This document shows, in pieces, positions 31,502 through 41,408 of a stretch of DNA of 64,000 nt. The translations under genes and the position numbers were made by a program. The number at the start of each line of letters is the position of its first letter. Positions within the stretch are counted from its first letter, which is position 1. Below the pieces are notes generated by a model. It was given only the letters and a program-made list of their open reading frames with translations, was not told where the DNA came from and made no database searches. The stretch lies in the IMG/VR virus record IMGVR_UViG_3300046777_001575, positions 14,478-78,477 of that record. One strand, given 5' to 3'. This DNA is from a virus.

Positions 31502-32743
31502 TCAGTATCCATCATAGACCAAGAAATGGTCTGTGTAAAACATATCATATGGTTCACAGTTAATAGAGATAACCTCATGTGGAAGGTTTGAAAGGATGAA
31601 CTCGGTTACTGGGGTCCATGTGTTAGTATCTGTTGACCATAGTTCGTCTGTTTCTAATACATCTGCAGCCATTATAATTCTGGCAACACCATCTCTTTTT
31701 ATAAGCATACCGTGATTTGCTGAATAAAACTCTCCGTTTAGAGATACGGCTTGCTCTGCTGTACGTGATCCTATATTTACAATTGTTGTTACCTTATCAG
31801 GAACCATCTGAAGATCGGATGGATTACGGCTCCAATTAGCAACATCTTGTAGTGTAAAGTTAGATCCTAATCCAGGAATTTCTGTAGAAACAAGTTGATC
31901 CCCAACCTTAAGAGTTGATGCCTGTGTATATCCATTTGTAGTTAAAACTAGTGTATACATACTAACAGATTTACCTGCACCGAATGCTCCGAATGCTGAG
32001 AAAGCACCGAAAGCACCGAATGCTCCGAATGCTGAGAAAGCACCAAAGGCACCGAAGGCTCCGAATGCTGAGAAAGCACCAAAGGCTCCGAAGGCACCAA
32101 AGGCACCAAAGGCTCCGAAGGCACCGAAGGCACCGAAGGCTCCGAAGGCACTAAATACTGTTGTAACTGATCCAGACTGACTAGAAGTTTGTGAATTACC
32201 ATTTGCATTTGTAGCATATACATTATATGTCTGTGCAGTACCTTGCTCTTGACCAACATCTACAGATGTTGAAGATGTATCTCCTGATTTTCCATCGTCA
32301 GAACTCCAACGATAATTAGTAATAGCCTTACCACCATTTGCTGGGGCTGACCATGAAACGGTATCTACACCTGCTGAAGGAGATGATGCTGATGGAGCAC
32401 TTGGCGTTGCTGGGACAGTTGTAACTAACACAGAAGATGATACTGAAGAATATGGAGATTCTCCACTAGCATTGATGGCCTTAACTGTAAAGGTATAGTT
32501 TGTGTTAGATGACAGTCCTTCTATACGAACTGGAGAAGAAGAACCTGTTGCAGTATGACCACCACTAGATAGCACTGTATATGATGTTGCTGCGTATACA
32601 CCTGATGGGGTAAACGCTACATCTACTGCGCCATTGTCATATGCTCTATTTGTTCCAACATCTGTTACTGATGTTATTGTTGGTGTTCCTGGGGCCAAAA
32701 AGTCATTGGCTCCTTGACTCATTCTGCCTGCTTGCTTTGACAT
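31502..32743 (-). CDS. Virion protein: two fibronectin type III domains, (F-G/S-A)20 repeat, C-terminal Hint domain
   Basis: FN3 (GLSSNTNYTFTVKAINASG; WSAPANGGKAITNY). Hint-like: SVSMYTLVLTTNG…LKVGD, YSANH, INCEPYDMFYTDHFLVYD. Confidence 0.8.
   Translation of the reverse strand: MSKQAGRMSQGANDFLAPGTPTITSVTDVGTNRAYDNGAVDVAFTPSGVYAATSYTVLSSGGHTATGSSSPVRIEGLSSNTNYTFTVKAINASGESPYSSVSSSVLVTTVPATPSAPSASSPSAGVDTVSWSAPANGGKAITNYRWSSDDGKSGDTSSTSVDVGQEQGTAQTYNVYATNANGNSQTSSQSGSVTTVFSAFGAFGAFGAFGAFGAFGAFGAFGAFSAFGAFGAFGAFSAFGAFGAFGAFSAFGAFGAGKSVSMYTLVLTTNGYTQASTLKVGDQLVSTEIPGLGSNFTLQDVANWSRNPSDLQMVPDKVTTIVNIGSRTAEQAVSLNGEFYSANHGMLIKRDGVARIIMAADVLETDELWSTDTNTWTPVTEFILSNLPHEVISINCEPYDMFYTDHFLVYDGY
31976..32155 (-). 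repeat. 9-bp-unit coding repeat: 20 tripeptides FGA/FSA
   Basis: 180 nt with varied synonymous codons. Confidence 0.95.
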
Positions 32744-32766
32744 ATCTTAATCTCCCTTAATTTGTA

Positions 32767-34464
32767 TTATGCTGATAAATCTCCGAAGACTAGCCATCCA
32801 CCTGGTGTCTTCATTGCTGTTGCAACTGAATTAGTTGTTCTAAATTTTAATCCAGGGGTTCCAACTACGCCATTGCTAGAACTAAACTGTGCCCCAGTAC
32901 CAGACTCTTGGTAAAAGTCAATTGACTGTCCAGTTGAGTATCCTGATGCAGGAAGTGTAATAGTTACGGCTCCTGTTAGTGGGACAAATTTGTCTGCTTC
33001 TCCTGCTGCAAGTGTTGCAGATGATGAGATTGCTGTTGCAAATGTTGTAATTGAAGGAACTCCAACCTTTGTCTGTGTACCGTCTGAAAACACTATACCA
33101 GATGAAGGAGTTACTGTCGTTGCCTCAAGTGCTCCAACCGCAAGGGCATCAAGTGATCCTTGTGTAAAGTCAACTGTTGTTGCTGGCTCTGTTGTTACAT
33201 CCTTAAACAACTTCCACTTAGAGTCAGATACGTCTCTTACGATACCTGCGTGATAGCCAGTCTGACCATCATTGTAGGCAACTACAAGACCAAGGTCAAC
33301 TGTGTTTGCTGCATTTTGATGAGCAAGTTGAACCATATTGTCTTCAATCACAATAGATGTTGCTGAGGCATTAAAACTTCCACCATTAACTGTTATATTT
33401 CCATCAACAACAAGGTTGCCGTCAATTTCCATATTTCCAGTAAATGTCTGATTTGCTGCATTTTTGTAAGCCAACTCTGCAGTATTTGTAATGCCATGTA
33501 CGTTCTCTGTTAGAGATGCGTGGGTGTTAACAGAAGTATCTACATAACTTGTAGTTGCAACTGTGTTATCTATATCAAATCTATTGTCAACTGAATTCCA
33601 ATCAATTCCTGTACCAGCAAGAGTTGATTGGTCTACAGTTGCACCGCTAATAGCGTTTGTCAAATCTGTTTGTGTTACAAGAAGTGATGTATCTGCAATT
33701 CCATGGACATTGGTTTCATCTAGATTGTGAACTGAGATTTTATCGTCTGCTGCTTGTCCTGCTGCTGTAATTGCTTCAGTTTTTGCTGTATCAATTGCTG
33801 ATGCTTGTGCTGCAGAAACTGGCTTATATTCATCTGCTGTGTCGTCTACATTTCCAAGTCCAACCATGGCCTTAGTAATACCAGAAACTGTTCCTGTAAA
33901 TGTTGGTGACTCAATAGGTGCTTTAAGACCAAGTGCTGTATTTACATCTGCAGTTAATGCTAGTGCTGATGTATCTGCAATCCCGTGAATATTTTCTGTA
34001 AGATTCTTATGAGCCAAAACACTGTTATCTGCATATTCTTTTGTTGCAATTTCTGCAGTATCTGCAATGCCGTGAACATTTATAGTATTTTGTGTATGAG
34101 TTAAAAGTGACTGTCCAAAGTAATCTCTTGCTTCTTGAAGAGCCCCTGTAGCAGTAACATTTATAAGATCAACTCTTTGATTTGTTGCGTATAGTGACAA
34201 AAAGTCAGGATTGTCACCAAGTGCTGCTGCTAACTCATTGAGTGTATTTAAAGTTTCTGGGGCTGCATCAATAAGATTATTGATTGCTGTCTCAAGTTCT
34301 GCTGCATTAGCAAAATATTGTAGGGCAGACCATGTGGATGTTCCATTTCCCATCTTAAATTTATTTGTGTCGGTTTCAAAACCGATCTCACCTGCTGCCA
34401 AAACTGGATTTGCAGCCGTCCATTGGGCTGCAGTACCTCTGCGCTGTTGCATTCTTGTTGCCAT
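32767..34464 (-). CDS. Tail fibre protein with Mtd/hyaluronidase-type N-terminal domain
   Basis: RMQQRRGTAAQWTAANPVLAAGEIGFETDT; APETLNTLNELAAAL; several VHGIADT repeats. Confidence 0.8.
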   Translation of the reverse strand: MATRMQQRRGTAAQWTAANPVLAAGEIGFETDTNKFKMGNGTSTWSALQYFANAAELETAINNLIDAAPETLNTLNELAAALGDNPDFLSLYATNQRVDLINVTATGALQEARDYFGQSLLTHTQNTINVHGIADTAEIATKEYADNSVLAHKNLTENIHGIADTSALALTADVNTALGLKAPIESPTFTGTVSGITKAMVGLGNVDDTADEYKPVSAAQASAIDTAKTEAITAAGQAADDKISVHNLDETNVHGIADTSLLVTQTDLTNAISGATVDQSTLAGTGIDWNSVDNRFDIDNTVATTSYVDTSVNTHASLTENVHGITNTAELAYKNAANQTFTGNMEIDGNLVVDGNITVNGGSFNASATSIVIEDNMVQLAHQNAANTVDLGLVVAYNDGQTGYHAGIVRDVSDSKWKLFKDVTTEPATTVDFTQGSLDALAVGALEATTVTPSSGIVFSDGTQTKVGVPSITTFATAISSSATLAAGEADKFVPLTGAVTITLPASGYSTGQSIDFYQESGTGAQFSSSNGVVGTPGLKFRTTNSVATAMKTPGGWLVFGDLSA

Positions 34465-34520
34465 ATTTTATTTCTCCTTATGGGGTCTGCCCAATTTCTT
34501 ATCTTATTATAACATCAATT

Positions 34521-34976
34521 TTAATTGAAGTTATCTGTTGCACTGCCTCCGTCAAACACAACTGTCCATTCTGTTGTAGAAGGCCCTCCTGCATCTAGTC
34601 CTATTCCGAGTGGGCTATTAAAAGAACCACCTTCATAGAATTGAGACACTATGAATCCAGTTCCGTCAATTGCTGTATCGTGAATATGTTGTGGAAGATT
34701 ATTTGTATCATCAATAGTTGCTTGGGTATACCAAACTCCGTTATAATAAAAATTAACCCTATTTGTTGAGGTATCTAGCCACTGTGATCCATTAGTTGGT
34801 GAAGAAGGAGCAGTTGTGCCTACAGCCATAGACAATGTTAAAGAGTCTACATACTCCTTGGTTGCTGCATGTGAAGCAAGAGTTGGTTCTCCTACTGTTA
34901 CTGCGCCTCCGAATGTTCCGCCGTTTGCTACGATCAGTCCATTCTTGACCTTGAAGTCTTTTTCTACTGTTGCCAT
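34521..34976 (-). CDS. Minor fibre-associated virion protein
   Basis: KDFKVKNGL N-terminus shared with 35016-36662; HAATKEYVD. Confidence 0.65.
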   Translation of the reverse strand: MATVEKDFKVKNGLIVANGGTFGGAVTVGEPTLASHAATKEYVDSLTLSMAVGTTAPSSPTNGSQWLDTSTNRVNFYYNGVWYTQATIDDTNNLPQHIHDTAIDGTGFIVSQFYEGGSFNSPLGIGLDAGGPSTTEWTVVFDGGSATDNFN

Positions 34977-35015
34977 TTACTACTCCTTCTTCCAACTATT
35001 TTTATTTTTTAAAAC

Positions 35016-36662
35016 TTAGTCATTGTAAGCAAGCAGTGTTGCTGCTACAAGAACTTCTGAATTATTGTTTGCTGTTGTTACGTTTAGGTTATACGCTGAT
35101 TGTCCATCCCAAACAACAGTTGCTGTTGCAAGTGGATTTTCTGAGGTATAAATTGTTCCGTACTCAACAACTGCAACATTGTTACTTGCATCTGTTGTTG
35201 CAAGAATTTCAGTTACATGAGAGAAAGATCCACTAATTACACGAACAAGGTACTTTGCGCTGCCCTTATTTGTTGCAAATGAGTGAACTGTTGCTGTTGA
35301 AGCAGTTGGAACATTTGTCCAAGTTGCTTCTTCACGACGAACCCAAGTAATATCAACAGATTCTGGCTGAATGTTTGAGCCAGAGACTGCATCAAGTGCT
35401 CTTTGTTCTGTGAAGTAAAGATTTGTTGTACCTTCAGTTAGGTCATCAGTATCAGAATCTGCAACACCGTTTTCTGCGGTAATTGTAAGACCACCATTAC
35501 CTGTACCAGTAATTGTGATATTTGTTAATGTTGCAGTTGTAAGAAGTGCTGCTGCTGAATCCTTAGCACGAGCATCTGTGAAGTATTGACTTGAACCTTC
35601 TGCAACATCGTCTGTATCAAGATTATCAATACGAGTATTTGTTGCTGAATCAAGTCCAGAAGCATATCCTTCTGCTGCAGTTTGTGCTGCTGATGCTGAA
35701 CCTGCTGGATCATAGTTTCCTGCAAGTCCATCAGCATAATCTTCAGCATTTGACTGTGCTGTTGATGCTGCTGTATCTACATAAGCCTTAGTTGCTGCTT
35801 CAAGATTATTTACTGGGTCTGCATGAAGAACAAGAGCACCAGTCATGGTGTCTCCAGCCTTTGCAACCTTTTCTCCTACTGAGGTAGCAAGGTTTGCTGC
35901 AAAGTTAGCGTCATCGCCAATTGCTGCAGCCAATTCATTGAGTGTGTCAAGAAGTGCTGGTGCAGAATCTACAAGATCTGCAACCTTTTGATCAGCATAA
36001 GCCTTTGCATCTGATTCTGCTGTATCAGCATATGATTGATATGCTGTGGTAATAGCAGCCTCACGAGTGTCTGTGTATGCTTTAGCAGCATTAGCCTTTG
36101 AGGTAGCGTCTGCTGATGCTGTAGCCTCTGCTGCAGATTGAGCATTTGCTGCTGCACCTGCTGCATCATACCATGTGTCTACTACAAATCTATCAATTCC
36201 AACAAAAGATATAGCATTTGGTCCAGTACCAGGATAAACTTCAAGACCGCTAACTGAACTATCTCCGATTGCTCCATGTGTATTTACAGAAATCTCTCCA
36301 TTTACAATATCAATACCCAATCCTTCAGAAAATGCTCCACGAGCACGAGTATCTGTGTAATAAAGGTTGTTTGAACCCTCTGAAAGACTGTCTGTATTAT
36401 GATTTGAGATGTCAGAAACTGTACCTGTTACATCACCAACAAGATCTGCTGTAATTGTGCCTGCAGCAAAGTTGCCTGAGCCATCACGCTTTACGACCTT
36501 ATCTGCTTCATTTGCTGAGGTGGCTGTACCACCAATTAAATTGACGACATAATTTTGATCGTCTTGCTTTTTTGTAAGAATATCATAGCCATTAACTGTA
36601 GCAGTTGTACCTTCAACGACGAGACCACTCTTAATCTTAAAGTCTTTATTTACTGTTGCCAT
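35016..36662 (-). CDS. Tail fibre protein
   Basis: TDxLxEGxxNLYYT repeats, APALLDTLNELAAAI, AATKAYVD. Confidence 0.75.
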   Translation of the reverse strand: MATVNKDFKIKSGLVVEGTTATVNGYDILTKKQDDQNYVVNLIGGTATSANEADKVVKRDGSGNFAAGTITADLVGDVTGTVSDISNHNTDSLSEGSNNLYYTDTRARGAFSEGLGIDIVNGEISVNTHGAIGDSSVSGLEVYPGTGPNAISFVGIDRFVVDTWYDAAGAAANAQSAAEATASADATSKANAAKAYTDTREAAITTAYQSYADTAESDAKAYADQKVADLVDSAPALLDTLNELAAAIGDDANFAANLATSVGEKVAKAGDTMTGALVLHADPVNNLEAATKAYVDTAASTAQSNAEDYADGLAGNYDPAGSASAAQTAAEGYASGLDSATNTRIDNLDTDDVAEGSSQYFTDARAKDSAAALLTTATLTNITITGTGNGGLTITAENGVADSDTDDLTEGTTNLYFTEQRALDAVSGSNIQPESVDITWVRREEATWTNVPTASTATVHSFATNKGSAKYLVRVISGSFSHVTEILATTDASNNVAVVEYGTIYTSENPLATATVVWDGQSAYNLNVTTANNNSEVLVAATLLAYND

Positions 36663-36681
36663 TTTTTATATCTCCTTTTAT

Positions 36682-37128
36682 TTATGCCTTAAGTCCCATA
36701 CGTGCAAAACGTACAGTGACTGGCTTGATCGCAGGATCTGGAGTGACTGTCAAAGCCACGGTATTTCCAGTGCGAGAGACATTAACGGTGCCAATATTCC
36801 CATCATTGTCGATTGTTCCATATTCGCTGACTGATACATTTGTACCGTCAACGAGAATTGTCATTTCAGTTGCGTAGAACTTATTGTCCCCTGCTGTAGT
36901 CTTTGATATTGAAATAATATACTTGACCATACGCCAAACTGTAGCATCAAAGTTATCAATTACAGTTACGTTCTCAATACCAGTGATTGTATTTTCATTA
37001 TTTCCTGCTGATCCCAAGTCTGTTGACTGAGATGACAGGGTGTCAATTAAATCTTCATAGTTTTCTTGAGTAGGTCTATCTCCTGTTTGAAATAGGCTCT
37101 TAACTCCTGGAATTGATATCTTTGCCAT
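36682..37128 (-). CDS. Virion protein (C-terminus resembles that of 35016-36662)
   Basis: KYIISI…ATEMTILVDGTNVSVSEYGTI vs KYLVRV…VTEILATTD…VVEYGTI. Confidence 0.6.
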   Translation of the reverse strand: MAKISIPGVKSLFQTGDRPTQENYEDLIDTLSSQSTDLGSAGNNENTITGIENVTVIDNFDATVWRMVKYIISISKTTAGDNKFYATEMTILVDGTNVSVSEYGTIDNDGNIGTVNVSRTGNTVALTVTPDPAIKPVTVRFARMGLKA

Positions 37129-37161
37129 ACTGAGATTATAGCATGTATTTTAATAATATAA

Positions 37162-37386
37162 TTAAAGAATATAGTTACTATACCCAATAACCTGTAAAGG
37201 AATTCCTGGAGTATTTCCCAAGCCAATAGCCTGTATTTGAAGTGCTGTAAACCTAACTCTAAATGGCAAGATCTCTTTAATTACTGATTGGCGAGTAAAG
37301 TCTTGTATTTGTATTTCTGGATAATCAATAGGAAATATTTTTTCTGTCTTATTTTTTAAATTATCAAGGATTACTGCTGTTGCCAT
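37162..37386 (-). CDS. Hypothetical virion-module protein
   Basis: 74 aa, TAATG-coupled. Confidence 0.55.
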   Translation of the reverse strand: MATAVILDNLKNKTEKIFPIDYPEIQIQDFTRQSVIKEILPFRVRFTALQIQAIGLGNTPGIPLQVIGYSNYIL

Positions 37387-37796
37387 TAATCTGTTACATC
37401 TTCAAGGATCTTCATGCTACCCTGGCAAACTGTCCATACTCTTGTTGGGTCTGATACTTGAATATCAAAGATGTCTCCTGTTTGAAGTTGTGCCGACTCT
37501 TCTGCCGTAAGCCAAACTGTGAACTCTCCAACCAAATCATCTTCATCTGCCCTTGGAGTTATATTCATAACAAGCACAGCATCATCAGTAATAATTCCTG
37601 GCTTTGTGTTTGGTCTTTTAATTTTCATTGCAATATCCCACTCAGATCCCTCGCCTTTTAGAACAAGTGGTTGTTTAGCATCATCTGTTACATAAACCTT
37701 AAAACCAGAAGTATCTCCACGAACTACAGTCCAAATAACTGTTGGTGGTTTGTTACCGATATCGTATGATGTTTGAGATCCTCTTTGAATAGCCAT
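37386..37796 (-). CDS. BppU-N-like Ig-fold fibre/baseplate adaptor
   Basis: VVRGDT…FDIQV…TVCQG pattern shared with 45503-45943 and 47514-47915. Confidence 0.5.
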   Translation of the reverse strand: MAIQRGSQTSYDIGNKPPTVIWTVVRGDTSGFKVYVTDDAKQPLVLKGEGSEWDIAMKIKRPNTKPGIITDDAVLVMNITPRADEDDLVGEFTVWLTAEESAQLQTGDIFDIQVSDPTRVWTVCQGSMKILEDVTD

Positions 37797-37808
37797 AATG
37801 TTATTATA

Positions 37809-38387
37809 TCACGACAAACCGTCTTTGAGTGCTCCCCATGTACCATTGCCTTTTGTTTGAACAACTATCATTCCACCATTTGGCTTTGTTGCTTTAATTG
37901 CAAGCACCCCTACATATCTTGCTGGACCAGTTGCTGGACGACCTGCGACTAAATTTCCAAGATTGTCTACATAAATTTTTGTTCCAGCAACAACATCGCC
38001 AAAACCTGTTGTATTCATTTGTATAATTCCAGAAACTACCGCAATACCGTCACCGCCAGTAGCACTTGAAGGTAGCATATCTGATTGCAATAAACCAAGT
38101 ATCGGAAAATCTGGGTTATGATCAGGACTTGATGGATTATATTTTTGCACAAGTGGTTTTAATTTACCATCATGAGAAGTGCTTCCAGAAATAAATACTG
38201 GAGTTCCTGCGGGTAGTGCAATAGAAGAACTTGCATTTCTTACAGGAGAAGAAACGCTTGTCATTCCTAATGGTGGCAAAATATCATTTAAAGCATCAAC
38301 TAATACTTTAAAGTCTCCGTGTACATTAACTGGATCAGATGCAATAGGATATTTCATATTAGGATAATTAGATGACTGGTTAGGCAT
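37809..38387 (-). CDS. Virion protein (possible capsid-decoration/fibre type)
   Basis: LPAGTPVFISG…GIAVVSG…GTKIYVDNLG pattern. Confidence 0.45.
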   Translation of the reverse strand: MPNQSSNYPNMKYPIASDPVNVHGDFKVLVDALNDILPPLGMTSVSSPVRNASSSIALPAGTPVFISGSTSHDGKLKPLVQKYNPSSPDHNPDFPILGLLQSDMLPSSATGGDGIAVVSGIIQMNTTGFGDVVAGTKIYVDNLGNLVAGRPATGPARYVGVLAIKATKPNGGMIVVQTKGNGTWGALKDGLS

Positions 38388-38413
38388 AATCTTTATTATA
38401 CCACCCTATAAAG

Positions 38414-38443
38414 TTGACTTTTGGCCAAAATTTGTGTTATACT
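38414..38443 (+). promoter_or_regulatory. SigA-type promoter of the lysozyme-like gene
   Basis: TTGACT-N18-(TGT)TATACT. Confidence 0.65.
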
Positions 38444-38490
38444 TGGTAGTAACACCTACCAAGGTGTTATTGTTTTCTAAGGAGGAAACT

Positions 38491-39054
38491 ATGATTAAAT
38501 TTATCGAAAGAAACAAAGAGATCATTAGCACACTCAGTATCGTGGTATTAGTTAGTGTTTTTTCAAATTCTGCTAATGCTTCTGTAGATCTTGATACTAA
38601 AAACAATCTTAGCCTGGAACAGGCTCAGACTGAAAAGACTACCTCGAAAGAGGTTTTTTTGGTTTCTAAGGCCAAAAAGTTGGAGAGTTTTGAAAACAAG
38701 ACATCTCTTACAGACCTAGAACTAAAAGAACTGCTTTCTCTGGTTGGCTTCAAGGGTAGAGACCTTGTTGTTGCCTGGGCAGTAGCAAAAAAGGAGTCTA
38801 ATGGTAGACCATTGGCATTCAATGGAAACCACAAGACTGGAGATTCATCCTACGGGATGTTTCAAATTAATATGATAGACAACCTTGGTCCTGACCGTAG
38901 AACCAAGTTTGATCTTGATTCAAATGCTGAGTTATTTAACCCCGTGAAGAATGCAGAGATTGCATACTACATGACAAACGGTGGAGAAGACTGGTCTTCT
39001 TGGAAGGGTATAACCCCTAAGACCAAGTACTGGATGACTAAATTTCCTAATTAG
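38491..39054 (+). CDS. Secreted lysozyme-like / lytic transglycosylase (SLT/Rpf-like)
   Basis: Signal-like N-terminus; AVAKKESNG (catalytic Glu), SYGMFQIN, NAEIAY, WSSW. Start after SD AAGGAGG. Confidence 0.85.
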   Translation: MIKFIERNKEIISTLSIVVLVSVFSNSANASVDLDTKNNLSLEQAQTEKTTSKEVFLVSKAKKLESFENKTSLTDLELKELLSLVGFKGRDLVVAWAVAKKESNGRPLAFNGNHKTGDSSYGMFQINMIDNLGPDRRTKFDLDSNAELFNPVKNAEIAYYMTNGGEDWSSWKGITPKTKYWMTKFPN

Positions 39055-39069
39055 TATATAAAAATAAAT

Positions 39070-39098
39070 TACCCCCTAGAGAAATCTGGGGGGTTTAT
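39070..39098. terminator. Hairpin between convergent genes (likely bidirectional terminator)
   Basis: ACCCCCTAGA-GAAA-TCTGGGGGGT followed by TTATTT. Confidence 0.75.
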
Positions 39099-40051
39099 TT
39101 ATCTCTTCTTGGTGGCATTCCATATCCACGATTTTCTATAACAACATGAGAAGAATAGTTAGGAATAAAAGTTAAATATTTTTTAGAAAGTCCAGTAAGT
39201 TCACAAAACTGCTGGACTTTTTCTTTTGGTATATCTAGCATACCTGACATTAATAAGGACAGCCTATCTGTTGATTCTTGCACATGGCTCCAATAAACTT
39301 CTTTTCTATCATCTGCCCATGGACGTAATGTTTCTCTTGTAACGGTTCCATTTGGCTGCTTATGAGACTCATGGTGAAAAACATCTCTAGTTCCTATTGA
39401 ATATATTTCCCAATTTGCTGCAAAAGTTCTTAATGATAAACAGATTTCCTCGGTATTAAAAGATTCTTTTTTTGATATTCCAACCTCGTCAACCCATTTT
39501 TTGGGAGCAAAAAGATAACAACAGGTTGCCCAATATGACCTTACTATTTCATTATTTTTTAAAACACTATACCCTGGAAAACTAAAACCAGGAATAAACT
39601 CATTATAGTGGGAGGCATATTTTGAAAAAGTATCAACACCAAAATCAACTGAATTATCCGACATAAGTTCATAATTTGCTGGAGCATAAGCAATTATAAT
39701 ATTTTTACCTAAAGAGTTTATTTCTTTATATCTAGTACAAGCCAAATCATCCCATCCAAAAGACGCATAGGTATGAGAATCAAACTGTATAAAAAAATCA
39801 TACTCCAGGTCAATCTGTATTGCTAAATTTCTAGCCCAACCAAGTCCACCTCTATATTTAGAAATATCATAATGCAAATACCTAATTTGATTTGAAGGTA
39901 TAAAAGAAAAATCAAAAGTTTCAGAATCTTCAGAAACTAAAGAGAAAAACAATCTATCTTTATATTTGGCCTCCTGCCACAGTGATTTGATTGTTGTATA
40001 AAATTCTGGATCACAATAATTAACAACACTAATTAATATTTTTTCGTTCAT
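39095..40051 (-). CDS. GT-A glycosyltransferase, GT60-like (Skp1-hydroxyproline / polypeptide GlcNAc transferase family)
   Basis: ILISVVNYCDPE…TIKSL, GLGWARNLA, FIQFDSH…GWDD, EEICLSLR.F…W, FHH. Confidence 0.78.
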   Translation of the reverse strand: MNEKILISVVNYCDPEFYTTIKSLWQEAKYKDRLFFSLVSEDSETFDFSFIPSNQIRYLHYDISKYRGGLGWARNLAIQIDLEYDFFIQFDSHTYASFGWDDLACTRYKEINSLGKNIIIAYAPANYELMSDNSVDFGVDTFSKYASHYNEFIPGFSFPGYSVLKNNEIVRSYWATCCYLFAPKKWVDEVGISKKESFNTEEICLSLRTFAANWEIYSIGTRDVFHHESHKQPNGTVTRETLRPWADDRKEVYWSHVQESTDRLSLLMSGMLDIPKEKVQQFCELTGLSKKYLTFIPNYSSHVVIENRGYGMPPRRDK

Positions 40052-40587
40052 TTTTTCTTTCTTATGTGTGTCTCTAGATATTCTGGTCCCTCAACAAAAT
40101 ACCAATGATCTGGTTCTGCAAAATGAAAAAAAACCATAGCAACATTATTGTTGCTTGGATTTGGAAAATCTTCTCTCCAGTGTTCTTGATCATTTCCATA
40201 ATAAGCCAACGCTTGATTTGGCTTTAAAGAATATGGAACGCCCTCAACAAAAAGGGGCCAGATTTCTTTTTGATATACACATAAGTCTAAAGTATATGTG
40301 CAAGCGTTATCATCCTTGTGTCTATACAGACTAGCATCTGGGCCTTCATAGTGTGCAAACAACGAGTATGTTGGTAATAAGTTTTCGCTTTTAAAAATTT
40401 TTCTAGCAATAGGAACCAGTTTAATTGATATTTCTTTTAAAATTGGCAAAGATTTTTCAGAAGCAATATACCTAGAAAACCCATTCTGATATTCAAGACT
40501 TTTTGGATCAGGAATAGAACTTATTAAATTATCGTAATCTATTTGATTTAAAACATTCTCTATGAGAATAGGATTTTGAATATTCAT
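40048..40587 (-). CDS. 2OG-Fe(II) oxygenase-like protein
   Basis: LYRHKDDNAC…WPL…HWRE; HxD…H triad. Confidence 0.7.
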   Translation of the reverse strand: MNIQNPILIENVLNQIDYDNLISSIPDPKSLEYQNGFSRYIASEKSLPILKEISIKLVPIARKIFKSENLLPTYSLFAHYEGPDASLYRHKDDNACTYTLDLCVYQKEIWPLFVEGVPYSLKPNQALAYYGNDQEHWREDFPNPSNNNVAMVFFHFAEPDHWYFVEGPEYLETHIRKKK

Positions 40588-41168
40588 TTAATCCAACTTG
40601 CTACAGCATATCTTGTTCCATCAGTAACTTCTGAAACTGAATGATTATATACATATGTTGATGGGAAAATTATCATTTCATTTGCTTTTGGTTTATATGA
40701 TATCTCAAATCTTGGAAAGTTTATTTCTCCACCAGTATAATTATCGTTTAAATAGTAAACACTAGAAAGTCTTCTATGGTATTGTGGATGATCATCTATA
40801 TGATTTGTAAAATATTGACCCTTTCCATATTTTAGAAGTTGATAATTGTCGTGATCAGAAAAATAAACTCCGTAACTAGCCATATATTCTTTTTCTGCAA
40901 CAACCAAAGTGTTATAAAATAGGTTAGCAATATTTTTCTGAAATGCATCTACAAGTGTTGAATACTCTTCATCTATACCATTAATAAACGGAACAGATAT
41001 AGAACTTGTGTTTCTTACTTTTGTATCTACCCCGCCAATAACTGTTGCAGAAAACCACTCAATACCAGAAGATGTCATTCCTTCTTCTATATCGTTCACT
41101 AAATTTTCATGACCATCAATTAGATCAGAATAAACAACTATGCCTGGAGCAATTTCTTTTTTTACCAT
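40584..41168 (-). CDS. Prolyl-4-hydroxylase-like 2OG-Fe(II) oxygenase
   Basis: YQLLKYGKGQYFTNHID, YYLNDNYTGGEINFP, IIFPS, HSVSEVTDGTRY. Confidence 0.88.
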   Translation of the reverse strand: MVKKEIAPGIVVYSDLIDGHENLVNDIEEGMTSSGIEWFSATVIGGVDTKVRNTSSISVPFINGIDEEYSTLVDAFQKNIANLFYNTLVVAEKEYMASYGVYFSDHDNYQLLKYGKGQYFTNHIDDHPQYHRRLSSVYYLNDNYTGGEINFPRFEISYKPKANEMIIFPSTYVYNHSVSEVTDGTRYAVASWIK

Positions 41169-41408
41169 TTACCATTTCCCTATCGGACAAAAAGCCTTTT
41201 CAAGTTTTGTTTTTGCTTTCATAAAACAACCACACTTTTTACATTGTGTTGTTAGTTTTATTAACTCTGGGCAACTTTTGCAAAGACTATATCTTTCTGC
41301 TGCTTTTTCTTCACTTGCCCATTCAGTGTTTGGATTAACAAGATCCCAGGGACGAACCTGTCTCTGTTCATTGTTTTGTTTACTTTTATACTCTTCCCAT
41401 TTATTCAT
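41169..41408 (-). CDS. Small Cys-rich protein (DUF6171-like, probable metal binding)
   Basis: R…CKSC…CKKCGCF…K……CPIGKW. Confidence 0.7.
   Translation of the reverse strand: MNKWEEYKSKQNNEQRQVRPWDLVNPNTEWASEEKAAERYSLCKSCPELIKLTTQCKKCGCFMKAKTKLEKAFCPIGKW

Noticed and set aside
31502-31969. Classical splicing intein
   Set aside because: No terminal His-Asn, no C-extein and no endonuclease; treated as a cleavage-type Hint domain
32767-34464. Diversity-generating retroelement suggested by the Mtd-like N-terminus
   Set aside because: No reverse transcriptase and no TR/VR pair with adenine-specific differences seen in the window
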